Origin: Bilabrum cf. latius
Lineage: Eukaryota
Assembly (NCBI GenBank): GCA_965178125.1
Contig: OZ237765.1
Coordinates: 62,001 to 126,000 of the forward strand
Reading direction: 5' to 3'
DNA length: 64,000 nt
Made by a program: the position numbers and the translations under genes. The notes below the pieces were generated by a model. That model saw only the letters and a list, made by a program, of their open reading frames with translations. It was not told where the DNA came from and did not search any database. Below, in pieces: positions 13,420-26,988 of the stretch (its first letter is position 1; the number at the start of each line of letters is the position of its first letter).

Positions 13420-16400
13420 TTACATCAGGACCATCACCCGGCTGCAGCTCACCCCGTACTTCTGCATCCTCGCCAGCAGCTCCGCCCCCACCACCCCGTG
13501 AGCATCCAATGAGCTCGCCCCCGCCGACTCCGCCCGCTGCTGCGCCTCACGCAGCCACACCGCTGCGTCTGCTCGGTACTCGTCCGTCGTGAGCAGCTTG
13601 AGCAGCCGCTGTGCGTCCCTTAGCGCCCTTTGGCCACCCAGCTCCGGGCTGCTGGGGACGTCATTGATGGCAGCCCGCGCCACCATCCTGAGGAGCCTCG
13701 CGGCGATGTTCCACTCCCCCAGAGAAAAAGCCTGGTACACGGCGTGGTTCCGCACGGCCGCCAGCTGCGGTGGTCCGAAGAGCTTGGCTGCCTTCTGGCT
13801 GGCGGCTATGGCACGGGCGGGCTCCCCCCAGCGGAATACGGGCGACACCATGCGCACGCAGGCCGCGTTCAAGTGCACGCTCGTGGCCGCGGGGCTGCCC
13901 GGGGCCAAGATGGTGGTAATGGCAGCCGACAGGACGCTGTTCTCTGCCCGGTCCATGCGCCCCAGGGACCAGAGGGGCAAGTTGGGGATGCCCCTGTTCT
14001 CTGGCAGCTCCCGCACTGACACCACCAGGGACTCGGACGAGGAGGACGAGGACACGGAGGGGGAGGGGGAGGGGGAAGCAGAGCTCTGGCCCGCGGGGCC
14101 CATGGACGGACCAACCAGCCGATGGTCCAGCATGTGCACTGCCCGCGGGGACACGAGCCCGTCACTCTGCTGCATGCGCCCGTTCAGTGGGGCAGTGCTG
14201 CTGCCGCTTCCTGGCGCTCCATGGTGTTCCCTGGCATCGTTACCTCCGACCTGTTCCCCGCCTCGTTCCCCGCCTGCTGTGCGCCGCACGTCCACCATCA
14301 GGTTCCTGTGCCTGGCCGTCCGCTCCCCCCTGTGGAACCACATCTCCAGCAGGCCCATCGTAGTCAAGTACTCGGTCTTGGCCGCCCGAGTGACCGTGGC
14401 GTGCTCGTACGTGGCCAGCGCCCGGTCCAGCCAGCACCGCTCGTGGCCTGCGACTAGGTCGCCGCCCCCGTCCCCGATCTCCGGCCCCGCGCGCAGCACC
14501 CAGGGCCCCGGCAGTTGCCCTCCCTGCGCAACCGCTCTCGACACATTCCCGCTGATGAGCGGCCGCTCGATGTCCTTGGACGAATGGACCCAGTAGGACA
14601 CGTACTTGGGGAGTGCCTCCGCATTGGCGGCGTATAGAGCTGCCGAGGGCACTGGCACGAAGACAGCCGCCATGTCGGTGGGGCGCCCCAGCTGAGCCAC
14701 GGGCCCCAGCGCGGGCTCCCCCAGCAGAGCGCCGATGCTGGCCACAGTGGGGATCGCCGAGGCCACGTGTGCCTGCCTGTCCGACTACGCTCCTTCTCCT
14801 TCTCTTCCTCCTCTTTCGCTCCGTAGTTGATCCTCATGGCCGGCGCCTTTTGCCACTGAGCGCTGCACCAGCGGGATTGTAACTTCCACCGCGCTGGCAT
14901 CGTCCCATGCATCCCCCTGCTGCCCGCGGCTATGCACCGGGCTCGCCTCGCGGTCCCAGCGGGGGGAGGCGTCTCCCTCCGAGCTGGAGAACCGCTTGGG
15001 GGTCCAGTTGGCAGGGGGAGTCAGTCGCCTTGTGGTGCGGTCGGAGCTGGCGGCCCCTGCGCTCGCCCATGGCATCGACAGCACAGGCAGGGACGGGGCT
15101 TGCAGCAGTCGGGGCTGGGAGCTGGTCGTGGTCGACGATGATGACGATGATGACGATGACGATGATGACGATGACGATGATGATGAATCACCCGGAGTGA
15201 CGACCCCTGTGCCTGTGCCCCTGACTGCGCTAGTCGCTGAAGCTGCCGCTCCGGGGTAGAGCGTCTCCCATACCCGAGCTCCCAAGACGCTGGCACCGTG
15301 CCCCTGGGCCTCCCATTGACCGTGCATGGCCTCCCATTGACCACCCACAGGGCGCGGGATGCGGAGTGCAGCCGATGCGTCTGCCCTGGTCCTGTTCCAC
15401 TGGTCTGGGATGCTGTTCGCAGGGGCCTCCAGGGAACTGAGGGGCAGACGGGAGGCGGGCACGGGGATCGTTTCTTCCTGGCGTGACGAACGCACCTATT
15501 GTTCCCTGGACCAGCGATCGGAGGCGGACGGGGCCACGACGATGCCGGCTTGTGCGACGGCCGGGGGGTGTTCTTGTACTACAGAGGCAGGTCGCGGGGG
15601 GTGCTCGCGGGCTGTACCGTGGGCGTCTTTCATGAGCACATGTTCCCTGTGATCTTGTTCCCTGTGACCTTGTTCCCTCGCTGAGTCCTCCTGATCTAGC
15701 GCGTCGTTCCACACTGCGCACAGCAGCGGTGACTCGCACAGGCTACCCGTCCTCATCATCCGGCCCAGGACAGGGCTGCCAGAACACGACCCCACCCCCT
15801 GAATGCGACCATTCTGCTCCTCCTGCTCTCTGTCCTGCACGTCGCCTGCTTCGCACAGTATCGCGCTCACGCCAACTGCACGCCCCGCCCACTCTGCCAG
15901 CAGCCTAGCCCGCACCCTATGTCGCTGGCTCCAGCCCACCGCCAGCCCACCCACCCAAGATGCCACTGGATTCACTCGGTCCACAGGGCCAGCCTTTGTA
16001 TACGATGACGATTCCGTATCAGTCCGCACCCCCCTCGCCGCACCCCCCACCGCACCCCCCGCCCCCGCCCATCCCACCCCACTCCCCAAGGGAACAACCC
16101 GGCGAGGGCCACCACGGTGCAGCGAGTGGGGCGCGATCGGGGGCTGGCCCACCCGGCGCCTGGAGGCCGCACTCGTCACAGCATCCAACACTGTGTCGCC
16201 GAGCAGACCCGCTTCCAGGTCGACACCCCCACTCAGTCCCCCGCCTCCTCCTCCGATGGTGATGCTTGCCGTGAACACCACCGGCCTCCCCGCTCCCCCA
16301 GCCCTCTCCCACTCCCCATCGTGCTGTCCCGGGTGCAGCTCCATCAGGCCGTCCAGCCGGGCCCATGCAGAGGCCACGAGGGCCGCGCGGGGGCCGCCCC

Positions 16401-19400
16401 ACAGACCCAGCAACACCTCGGGGTCCGAGAGACCAACACTCTCCGGACCGTTACTGTCCCCCGGCCGCATGAGCCCTGCCTCGTTCTCGTGCACGATCCC
16501 AGGGAGGGGCACCCCGTCCCTTCTGGCCCTTGCAAGCACCAGCCGAGTGGCCTCCACCTCGACCCGGCGGTGCACGTGCTCCAGCCCCGGTGACTTGCAC
16601 ACGATGCCGAGAGCCACTGCCCTCCGCTGCATCATGGTGGGCCGCCTGGCCCCTTGCCCGCTCCACCTCCCCTTTGGCCACCCCACGGCCTCCTCCATCG
16701 CGCCCGGCCGCACCCCGGCCAGGGTCTCCATCACAGTGGGCCCCTGCGCGTCGGCGCCCTCCCGCCCGTGCCCATCCACCGCCCGCCCGATCTCGATCCC
16801 GCCGTTGAGGCGCCGCTTCTCCCGCCGCACGATGTTCCTCACCCAGGGAACAAGGCCGTCCACCCAGTTCGGCGCGCTGGCATGCCCCGCCCCCTCCACC
16901 CCTTCCTGACCCGGAGCGCCTCCCGCCCAGAGCCCCAGCTCCCACAGCCTCCACAGCGATGGCTCCAGCGCCACCGCCATGTCCCTCGCCCTCAGCTCGG
17001 CTTCCTCCCTGGAGACAGAGTCGGAGACCAGCTCCTGCGCCAAGGGACACTCGCCCCAGGGGAAGGGAGGCTCCTTGTGCACGTCCTCCCCGTGCCCTGG
17101 ACCCAGCTGCCGGTCCACGAGCGCCCGGATGCCCTCGGGAGTGAGCAGGCTGATGGGTTTGTCGCTCCACCTGCTGGCCGAGATGTACGAGGCGCCCAGC
17201 CCGCTGATCACAGAGGGGGGCGCGGACACGGACCAGAACGACGCAGGGGGCTCGCTTGGTAGGGGTACCAGGTCGCTGCTCGATTCGTTGCTGGGCGTGA
17301 CGGGAGCATGCGAGCCGTTGTTCCCTGCCGCAGCCGGGGCAAAATCTGTGTCCAGGCTCGACCGCACCGCCGCACGCAAGAGCAGCCGATCATCATCCCC
17401 ATCGTAGGCGCTGCTCCCGATCGACCCATCGCGCCCTTCCCCGTGGTCATGGTTGAGCCCCAGCTCCATGGGGACCAGCCGAGTCACAGGCAGGGCAGCG
17501 TGTTCCCAGTGCATCCCCAAAGAGGCCCTGGGAGAGAACCGAGAGCAGGTCACGGCAAGGACGCCCGGCCCCGCTCGCTCCACGGCCCCTCGGATGGCAA
17601 GCCCCTCTGCCCCACCACCACCACCGCCAGCAGCACTGCCCCCTAGCCCTTGTTCCCCAGCCCTCCCGAGGCAGTCCTCCCGAAGCGAGTCCACAGCGGC
17701 TGCTCGCATGCCCTCCTGCAGCTCCCGGCGGGTGAGCTGCACACCCAGGTGGGGGTGGGCCCCCTCCGAGGTCGCGTTCCCAGTGGCGTGCATCCTGTGC
17801 ACTGGACCGCCTGTCTGCTGCCCGTCCCCGTCCACCAGTCGCCTCAGTCCGACTCGCCGCATGCACCACTTGACCGTGTGCACGGCGAGCCGGCCCAGCA
17901 CGCGGCCCGTAGCGGCGAGGAAATCCGAAATCTCGGAGAAATGAGCCGGCCACGCCCCCTGAAGATTCCAGCCCGCGGACTGTTCCCTGAGAGCGGTTGC
18001 AACTACCTCCGCCGCGGCACCCGATCCGTCCTCCCGCTCACCCACGCCCCCATCGTGGCCTCCCGCACCCTGCTGCTCCACGAGCGACCATGCGCTGCAC
18101 CCGGCCAGCACCCCCTCCACCACCGAGTCGTCCTCCTCCCAGGCCAGCTCTGCCCTCCAATAGGGACACACACGCAGCCCGCGCTCCACCATCCCCGCCG
18201 CCCCCGTCCACTCGGGCGCGAAGGTGGTCGCCCTCACAGGATTCGCCCGAGCCCTCGCCCCTGCCAGGGCCCAGTGGTCCTCCTCCTCTGGAATCAAGTG
18301 AACGGACATGCCAGTCAGCCGGGCCGACCCCCGCGTGTGATACTCCGCCATGAAGGGCCAGTGCGGCTGCTCCCCAGTTGCCTCCCGTCTCCATGCCTGC
18401 AGCACCGCTCGATGCACAGGGTCACTCGCACCCTCTGGCCCCTGCCTCCCTCTTCCTCGCTGCTGCTGCTCCTCGTCACCTCTCTCTACACCCCTATGGC
18501 CCGATGCAGAGAGCGCCCTTGATGCTCCCGGGTCCTTGAGCCACACAGCGGCCTCCTGGTGTGGACCCAGGCCCATGGGGGCCTCCTGCCCTGGCAGTGC
18601 ATCTGCGTGCAGGAAATCGGGCGCGTGCCCAGGCATGCCCAGGGTCACGGAGGCCTGCACCAGCCGGGGGTCCGCCGGGTGATCCACGGCCATGGTGGCG
18701 GCCATGGCGGGCTCGGCTGCCGAGAGGAGACCCTTGAGCTGCAGCCGGGTTGCGATGCCGTACGATGTCATGAAGGTGTCCCGCCTGTAGTGCCGCGCGT
18801 GCGACTGCAGCATGGACAGGTCGTTCCTCCACTCGGCAGATCGAACCAGGGCCAGGTGCACGAACCATGCTACTAGAGCGGACAGGGCGCACGATGTGAC
18901 GAGTGATCCCATGGGTGTGACGAGGGCTGGGCCGAGGGGCAGCTGAGCCCTGGCCTCTTCCACTTCCTGCTCGTTGCCTGCTTGCCTCTGAGGCTGCTCA
19001 TCCCCTTCGCCCTCGCCGTCGTGTTTCTGCACCTGGCGGTCTCTATCGCTTGCATGCCCACTCGTACCATCATGTATACCACCTTCACTACTACTGCCCT
19101 CTGCTGCCCCCCGCCTACACCACAAAATAGAGTCCCCCATCTCTGCCGCCAGCCCGGCCAGCTCCACCACCAGCAGGACGGCCCCCATCGAGGGCAGCAC
19201 CATCTGTCTCTCCGCCACCACAAAGCCCACCTTCACCAGAGCGTGGGACGCAGGCACATACGGCAGGATCAGCAGGGTCAGGGACAGCAGCAGCCGCCAC
19301 CGGCGAGACCTCCTCAGCGGCCTCAGCCTGCCTCTAGAGTCGCGGCTGGGCCCGTCGCACGAGGCCGCCAGCCAGACGAGGGCGAGCAGGGTGGCCCACG

Positions 19401-21720
19401 CGGCGCCGCTTACGAGGTTCCGCCAATCCCACGGTGACGTGACGAGTGACATGGTGTTGTGCTCGTGGGAGAGGGCGAGGGGCAGGAAGCACCGACCGAG
19501 CGCCGTCACCTGCACCCACGCGGCGCTCGTGGCCCGCTGCCAGAACGCGTCCAGTCTTGCGATCGGGTTGTGCATCCCCGGGGCGCTGAGCGTGTATCCC
19601 CCCGAGAGTATCTCGATCCTGGCGACGAAGAGGGAGGGAGAGAGCAGCAGCAGGTAGATCGTTCTGGCCCACGAGATGCGGCCTCGACTGAAGGCCCCCT
19701 CCGGTGCAACGGAGCCATAGATCTCCTCCTCCTCGTCCTGCTGCTGGCTCACCTTGGCAATCACTCCGCCTTTGCCCTTTGATCCCTCACTCCGTCTGGA
19801 CCCACCCTAACTACTCTTCTCTTCTTCATCTGCCTGGTCAATCTTGTTCCCCACACACCAGGCCACCGCACCGGGCCCCACACCCACTGCATCCAGCATG
19901 TCCACCAGCAGACCCCACCACGAACCACCATGCACTGCCCCCTCTCCAGCCATGGACCCTGTTGCACGTCCGGTGTAGACACCCCTGCTCACTGCGGCAT
20001 CCACAATGGCCATGGTGGCCGGCCATACGAGCGCTGTCTCCTTGCAGAGCAGCCCCAGCACCACGAGGACTGTGGCCAACCCAAGCGATAGCAGGTGCGC
20101 GCACAGCGGGGGATCCAAGCCCCTGCCACGCCCCGGGATATCCCCCCGGCGCACAGGACCCCACCCTGGGGTAGCCCTGTCCTCGCACCCCAGGGCCCGC
20201 CCCAAGGGCATGCAGCTGCACCCCTCCAGCCCCTCGAGCGAGCAGTCCCACACGACGGGCTCATCCGCGCTGCCCCACACTGGCACCCCATCGCCCGTGC
20301 CCCCCTCGCGCTCCCAAGTGCTCTCCCCCGAGTGTGAAGTCGATAGCAGCGTTGCTGATATTTCATCGCCGCTACCAGGTTGCTCTAAAAGCCGCTTGGA
20401 TCGAATCACGGGTGCACTGCACGCATGCGCGCAGGGGATGCAGCAGGGCCAGATGCCGGACAGCGACAGCCACCAATACCACGTCATCCGCACGCTGGCT
20501 TCATCCTCGGACTGTTCCCTGGCCCGGTCCATGTCCCACGCTCTCACCACGTCAGGAGACGTGGCCAGCACGACGGCCATCGCGGCGATGCAGAACAGGT
20601 CGCATACCACCTCTGCCCTTGAGGTCAGGTTGGCCACCACCTCGCTGTGCACTGGGTGGCAGGCGAACAGCAACGAGGCCGCCAGCACCCTCCACCGGGG
20701 CCCAAACTGAAAGCAGGCGAAGGTGCCTGTCTGGGCTTCATGTTCTGGACGTGGATGCCCATCGCTACCCGCCCCGTCCTCCTTTGGCATGCCACCATGG
20801 CCGCCATGGCCACTGCCGAACCCTTCACCTTTGCGCTTGCCATTGCCATTGCCCCTGTCCTGGTCTCCCTCCTTACAGTCTCCACCCCCGTGCCCCTCAT
20901 GCCCCTCCTGGTGTTCATCCAGCAGCATGAGCATGGCCATCACCCGACTCACCCCCGCAGCCAGCCCCGCATGCATGAGCACTGACGACAGGTGCAGGAC
21001 CCACCCAGTGCCCCCTTCCTCCGCGGGGTGTCCCCAGCGAGACCCCGCCAGCTGCCTCTCCATCCTGAGGCCGAGCACTACCAGCGGTCTCCAGCTGTTG
21101 TGTGTCCACGTGTGGTTATTCCTTTCGCTGCCCATCATCGCGTTGCCCCAGAAGTCGTGCTTCCAGAGCCCCCAGATGCTCTGGGACCCCGCGTGCACGT
21201 CGGGGTTCGCTTGGATGGCCACTTTGTCGTCGTACGTGAAATCGTGGGACAGGGTCGGGAGGTACAAGATGAAAGCAGCCGTGAATGCAAGCACGGCAGA
21301 GAGCCACGGAGCAGGTCCAGGAGCGCACGCGGAGCCAGCCCGTGAGCAAAGTGCACTTGATCGGGTGCTCCGCAGCAGGCAGCTGCCCGGCATTCGGCAT
21401 TGTGGCGACTAGCCAGAACTGGTCGGAGCTGCGCCTTCCACGTCGTTATCCATCACTTGTCTTGTATGGGTGTGCTAGCCCGAATCCTACGCAATACAGT
21501 CGGCCGGCGCCGAGGAGTTGCTCCCCAACGCATGAGGGCTGTCGCCCCCGCTCCCGCTGTCCTCCTCATCAGCGCATTTGTCCTGCTCCATCGAATGCCT
21601 TTGCTTCCTAACCAAAGTGCTCAGCTGACTTACACTTGATGTCGGTGCAAATGCAGTGATTTCATGGATCGGAAGGGAACTCTCGTCTGCCCAGGCAACT
21701 GCACGGCTCTTCTACTCCAT
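13420..21720 (-). CDS. Very large (about 2770 aa) TMTC-type protein O-mannosyltransferase-like membrane protein
   Basis: One frame runs from ATG 21720 to TAA 13420 with seven TAGs (21712, 21487, 21475, 21409, 19807, 15496, 14785). TMTC motifs FTYDDKVAIQANPDV, HDFWG, SWRPL, LFACHPVHSEVVANLTSRAE, LCKETA, HNP and KVGFVVAERQMVLPSMG. Confidence 0.75.
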
Positions 21721-21920
21721 TCAACCGCAGTAAATACGTTCGCACCGAGCCAATGCTATTACGTACACATGTCGTCAAACATTCAAGCCAACACGAAACC
21801 GTGCACGCTGCAGATTTGTGCCATACATTGCAAATCTGGTCCCATGTTCAAGTTGATGATGAGTGCAGTCTGTCCTAAGTCAGCCACCACAATACAATTT
21901 GTCTGCATCCAGAACAACGT

Positions 21921-22307
21921 ATGCAAGTCCTTCAATCGCCATTATTCTGGCAGCAGGTAGGTGGGGTGCTTGGCGCTACCGGTGTGCTTGCAGGAGCCCT
22001 TGGATCGCACGCCTTGCCTTCCAGGCTGCGAGCCCTCAAGATCGACGACCAGGAAGCCAAGGACAAGGCAATAAAGCAGTGGGGCATTGCATCTAACTAT
22101 TAGCTCATGCATGCTGTTGCTCTAGTCGCTGGCGCGCCGGCACTCCGGAGGCCTGTGCCAATTTGCGCCGGTTGGGCAGTAGGAACCATTCTCTTCTCAG
22201 GCTCTATCTACGCCGGGGCTTGGATGCAAGACAAGAAATACTCGAGGATGGCACCGGTTGGGGGTATGCTTATGATGGCGGCGTGGGGTGCGATTGCATT
22301 CCTGTGA
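21921..22307 (+). CDS. TMEM256: TMEM256/YgdD (DUF423) small membrane protein
   Basis: GVLAGALGSH...WGIASNY*LMHAVAL...GTILFSGSIY...APVGG...W. TAG 22101-22103 sits at the Y-Q-x-x-H position of the family. Stop TGA. Confidence 0.9.
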
Positions 22308-22422
22308 AACGTAGCAGGTTGCCTGGGCAAGCAGCCCACGTCACGGCAGTTCGGAGATGCCTTTTTGGAATGGTTCGATGGGAGAAAGCAGAATTGCAAC
22401 TTGTATGCCAGTGCAAACCATG

Positions 22423-22542
22423 TCATCTCTCTGTCCTAGCTCGCTTTGCGGCTGGAGTGCCATCTTCATCATCTGCTCGTGCTGCCCCAGAGCTCGCCGA
22501 CTGCCCACTCCCAGCCTTAGCCCCTCTTGTGCTGCTTGCAGA

Positions 22543-22575
<33 letters not shown>

Positions 22576-23487
22576 TGTCCCTATGCCAGACCCGAACCCC
22601 GTATCCCCCTCCCCATGAGCCTCCTTCCTTCCCTCGTCCCTCTCCCTCGCCCTCTTCCTGCCCCCGGCCGCACCACCCCTTGCCCCCCTGCCCTCCCACG
22701 CCCCCGCTGCCCCCCCACTGGCAGTGGCCCCCGCCTGCAGATCCCCCTCGGTTGCAACCCTCACGAAGTCCACCTGCAGAGACACGATGCCCTGCCGCTC
22801 AGAGGCTTGGTGCATGCGCACCACCACAGGGGTGCCTACCTCGAGCACTTGCCCCTGCTCCTACTCCTGCTCCTGCTGCTGCTCCTCGACGAATCCCTCC
22901 CCCTCTCCATCCTCCACCGCTGCCCCTTTCTTTCTGTAGGGCTGGCTAGAGGCAACCCAGTGCCCTGGAGACACCGCAGGTGTGTCTCCAAGGGGTCCCG
23001 TCTCGCCGGTGGCCTCGGACTTGTCCGCCTTGGATTTGGCGGAGGCACCTCCGCTGGCGGCCTGCTCGCTTCCTTCTGGGTTGTACACGCACCTACCTTC
23101 CATGCCTCGAGCGGTAACAGTCGCATTAAAGAGATTCATAACAAGCATTCCGACGTGATCAGAGGACCACTGCGTCACACGGGCCACCATGTGCTCGCCC
23201 TTGCGAGGCGCAAAGAGTACTCCAGACACCTTCGCATCAACGTACGACCCAGCTCCTCCGTTGACGAGCGGCAAACTTCCTCCCCCGCCATCAGATGCCT
23301 CTGGAAATACAACGCTCGAGTAGGACAGCAAAACCCCGCCAATGTCCCTGCGGTACCTCATAATGTAGTCTTGATCCAGTTGCTCTTGCACGTATTGCAT
23401 CGGCTCCTTCTGAAACACTGGGGGCACGCATGCGCTTATAGCTAGGTCTGACGAGTACAAAGCAGTTCCAACTGCATTACGCCGCAT
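22423..23487 (-). CDS. RPA43: RNA polymerase I subunit RPA43-like
   Basis: MRY...GGVLLSY...VLFAPRKGEHMVARVTQWSSDHVGMLVMNLFNATV (Rpb7/A43 fold). The remaining OB strands (LEVGTPVVVR...IVSLQVDF) follow TAG 22861, which lies in a Q/E run. Stop TGA at 22423. Confidence 0.75.
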
Positions 23488-23657
23488 GTCAAAGTGGCCC
23501 AAAAAGATAAACCCCACTTTGGCACCACGCGAGGAACTTGCCCGTGCAGCGGAACCAGACAGTGTACGAACGCGCGGCGCCAAGAGCTTGGATTCACGAC
23601 AATCTTGCCCATTCGAAATCGCAGATTGATATGGCTATCCCATGAATAGTTTAACGC

Positions 23658-26600
23658 ATGGACAAGTACGCAACTGTAGCTGCGAGTTCCCTAGTTGGAA
23701 CTTGCGCTGCTGTGTATCTGGCCTGGTTGGGCCTTACTGCAACTGCCTTTGAGCCCACCTTCGATGACCACGTTTTGCTCCAGCACCCTGTGGTATCTGG
23801 AAACGAATCATGGAGTTTCGCGTGGACTCGAGATTTCTGGGGAGAGGACATAGCCAGCGATGCCTCTCACAAGTCATGGAGACCTCTGGCAGTCCATTTT
23901 TTCATATTTCAAGCAGCGTGGAGTCCAGCTTTCTTCCTCGCGACTGCACGACTGATCACAGTGGCATGCATGATTCTTGCAGCTGCTGTACTAGCGCTGC
24001 TGTGGGCGACGCGTGCAGCCACAAGGGCGCACTCGTCTATCCCGATCTTGCTCGGCGCCTCCTGGTTCGTCCTGCACCCCAGCCGCGCCGAGTTGGTTGC
24101 GCAGGTGGTGCTGCAGCCGGACTCCATTGTGGTGCTTCTATTTGTCCTTGCTCTATCAGTGCAAGCCGGACGCGCTGCCTGCTGTACCAGCACCGCTGGG
24201 GCGCTGCTCGTGACAACCGCCGCCCACGCACTGGGGTGCATCGCACTGCTGTTCAAAGAGACGGGCATCGCCATCAGCGCAAGCCTGGTGGCATTCGATC
24301 TTCTCCTCGTCGGTAATCCTGGGAGGCTGCATCGCGCTGCAAAGCATGTGCGCACGACGGCTTGCCGCTACACCCACGCGGCCCTCGGCATCGCGTGCTT
24401 TCTGGCGCAAATTCGGCTCCGGATGCTGGCGGCAGGGGACCGCCCGCCTCGATTCTCCTCCCACATGAACGGGGCTGCGGCACGTGCCGAGGACTGCAGC
24501 CGCTGGGCGGGTCTCGCACACCAGGCCGCGGCCGCGGTCGGCATGCTGCTGCTGGGGCGGCGGGCGGGGGTGCTGCACGACTGGGGGGGGTAGGCGTGGG
24601 TTCCGTTGGATTGCGCGGCGCCGTGGAGCGACCCGCGCTGGCTGGAGCTCTGGTCGGCTGCTGCGTGCTGCTGCTGTATCGCACTGGTGACGGGCTGGGT
24701 GCTTGTGGCAGATGCCTGGGCAGTCTGCGTAGGAGGGTGCGAGGGCAGTAGCTCGGACAGAAGCAGAAGCAGGGGCAGGGGCAGGGGCAGGGGCAGGGGC
24801 AGTGGCCACGCCCAGCCTCACAGCGATTAGGACGCCTCACCGGCGCTTATTGACCCCAACCGCTTCCTGCTGTGGTGCAGCTGCAGCGCACTGCTGTGCC
24901 TGGCCCCCACGGCCAGCGTCCCCTTCCCCACCGGATACCCGCTCGCCGACAGACAGGCCGCCGCCGCCATGCTTCCCGCCGCCCTCGGGATCATGGAGCT
25001 GACCCGACGGGCCATGGGGGTGCTGGCCCCGCGCCACAATGCCATGCACCCCGCTGGTGGGGTCCGGCTGGCCCTCGCATGCGCGTGGGTGGTCGGACTC
25101 GCGTGGGTGGTGGCCCCGTGGCCGAACAGGACTCGACTCGCCCTGCAGCGGTGGCGGACGACCGCCACTCTCGGGGAACAAGCCCTGGCGGTGGCCCCCC
25201 ACAGCGGCAAGCTGTGGGCGGGGCTGGCCACGGTGCGGCAGGGGCAGCTGCAGGGGCTGATGAGCCAGCCGGGCGAGTCTAGGCCGTGCCCATGCGGCTT
25301 GCCCCCACTGCCGTGCAGACCCAGTGAACCGTGGTGTGACGAGTGCAGGCACGACGCGGTGCTGCAAGCGGCGGGAGCGCTGGCGGAGCATGGTCTGCCG
25401 GTACCGCGGGGGGAGGGCCAGCTGGGCCCCGGGGGTCCTTGTTCCCTGGAGCTGAGCCCGCCCTGGGTGTTCGCGGCGGAGCCGGTGGCGGGGCAGTGCG
25501 TGTCCTTGGCGACCAGGCGATGGGGCGGCGAGGACACTCGTCACATGGGGTGGTGCGAGTGGCTAGATCCAGGTGGTGGCACCCACGGTGGGGCGGAGGG
25601 GCTTTACTGCGGGGCACCATGGGCAGGTGGTGCGAGAGCGGGAGGGGCAGGGAGGGCCACTGATCATGATCTGGGGGCTGATATGCCGCTCCCGCCCTCC
25701 AGCAGGCCGACAGCTCTCGATGAGACTCCTCGGCATCCCCAGCAGAAGCAGCAACATGTCCTTGCACCCGAGCCCGCTCGCATGCGGCACTGGATCCTCC
25801 CCCCCCTTGCCAGCGCGACAGAGGCACAGCAAGCTCGTGCCACTCCCCTATCCCTCTCCCCCGCTGAGCTGTCCCTCTGCGCCTGTTCCCTGGACCCGTG
25901 CATGGCCACTCACCGGCTCATGGTGGCCTCGCAGCTGCTGCAGTGGGCTGCACCTCAACCACCGGTTGAATCTGAAAGCAGCCGTAGGTGCACTGCATGG
26001 CGGCGCAAGGCGCTGGGTGTTGCTGTGCAGCTGCTGGAGCAGTCCTCCGACGTGCTACGAGACAGGCAGGACAGAGGGCTCCTGCAGATCGACCGCAAGG
26101 GGCTAGAGACGCTGCCGCTGGCCCTGGGGCAGCTGGCGGCCGGGTATGCGCTGCAAGGCAATGCATCCGGGAGGGCACGCGCGGATCAGGAGGCCATGGA
26201 GCAGGCAGGGCTTCTGCCCGGTGACGGGGGTCATATGCTCGGTGCCATGGCAGCGCAGCGGGCGGGGGATGGTGCTCTATTTCGTGAGGGGCAGCGAGTG
26301 GCTGGGGCTGGGGGTGTGGAGCTGGAGGCGTGGGTGCAGGGGGTTCTAGGGCGGCTGGCCGAGGCAGGTGGCGAGTGGGAGGAGTGCACTGCCAGGCGAA
26401 GGCAGGCGGGGCTTCTGCTCGTGGGGCCGTGGCTGGACGAGGGCTGGGAGCCGACTGGATCTAGGGCCGGGGCGCTTTCGCTGGGGGCAGATGGGGAGGC
26501 TGTGGAAGGGGAGTGGCGATGGGGCCATCGATTCGTGAGGGGTCTGCAGCAGCTCCTGGCGGCTGGGAGGTGTGGGGTACAGGGTGCATTGCACGGCAGT

Positions 26601-26888
26601 TCAGCGATGGAGGCCCTTGAGCCCGTGGTGGCCGCGAATCGGGCCTGCTGGGAGGTCGTGTGGCTACCCCGGTGGGTTTCACTGGGGAGGGGGGCCCGAG
26701 TGCGGCGAGAGATGCTGGGGCAAGAGCCGGAGGGGCTAGAGGGGGCCTGCTGGCGGGCCAAGGAGGAGCTACAGAATGTCATGGGGCATGATGCGATTCA
26801 GAGCGGGGTTGCCTGGGAGGTTGCAGCCGATGCCCGTCGCCTGCTGCGCACCATCGCCTTGATCCGAAAGTCTACAGGTGTTGATTAA
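23658..26888 (+). CDS. Second, more divergent TMTC-like membrane protein (about 1076 aa)
   Basis: PTFDD, RDFWG, SHKSWRPL, HPSRAELVA, LFKETG, LHDW, SDPR and TGYPLADR motifs. In-frame TAGs at 24591 and 24828; stop TAA 26886-26888. Confidence 0.75.
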
Positions 26889-26988
26889 TCTAGGGCGGAG
26901 GCTTGTCGTAGACCCAAGGATTCATTCATGCAGGAAGCCCAAAAAGGGCTGCCTCTTCCGGACCTTTAATTCAATAGGGTATTTTTCT

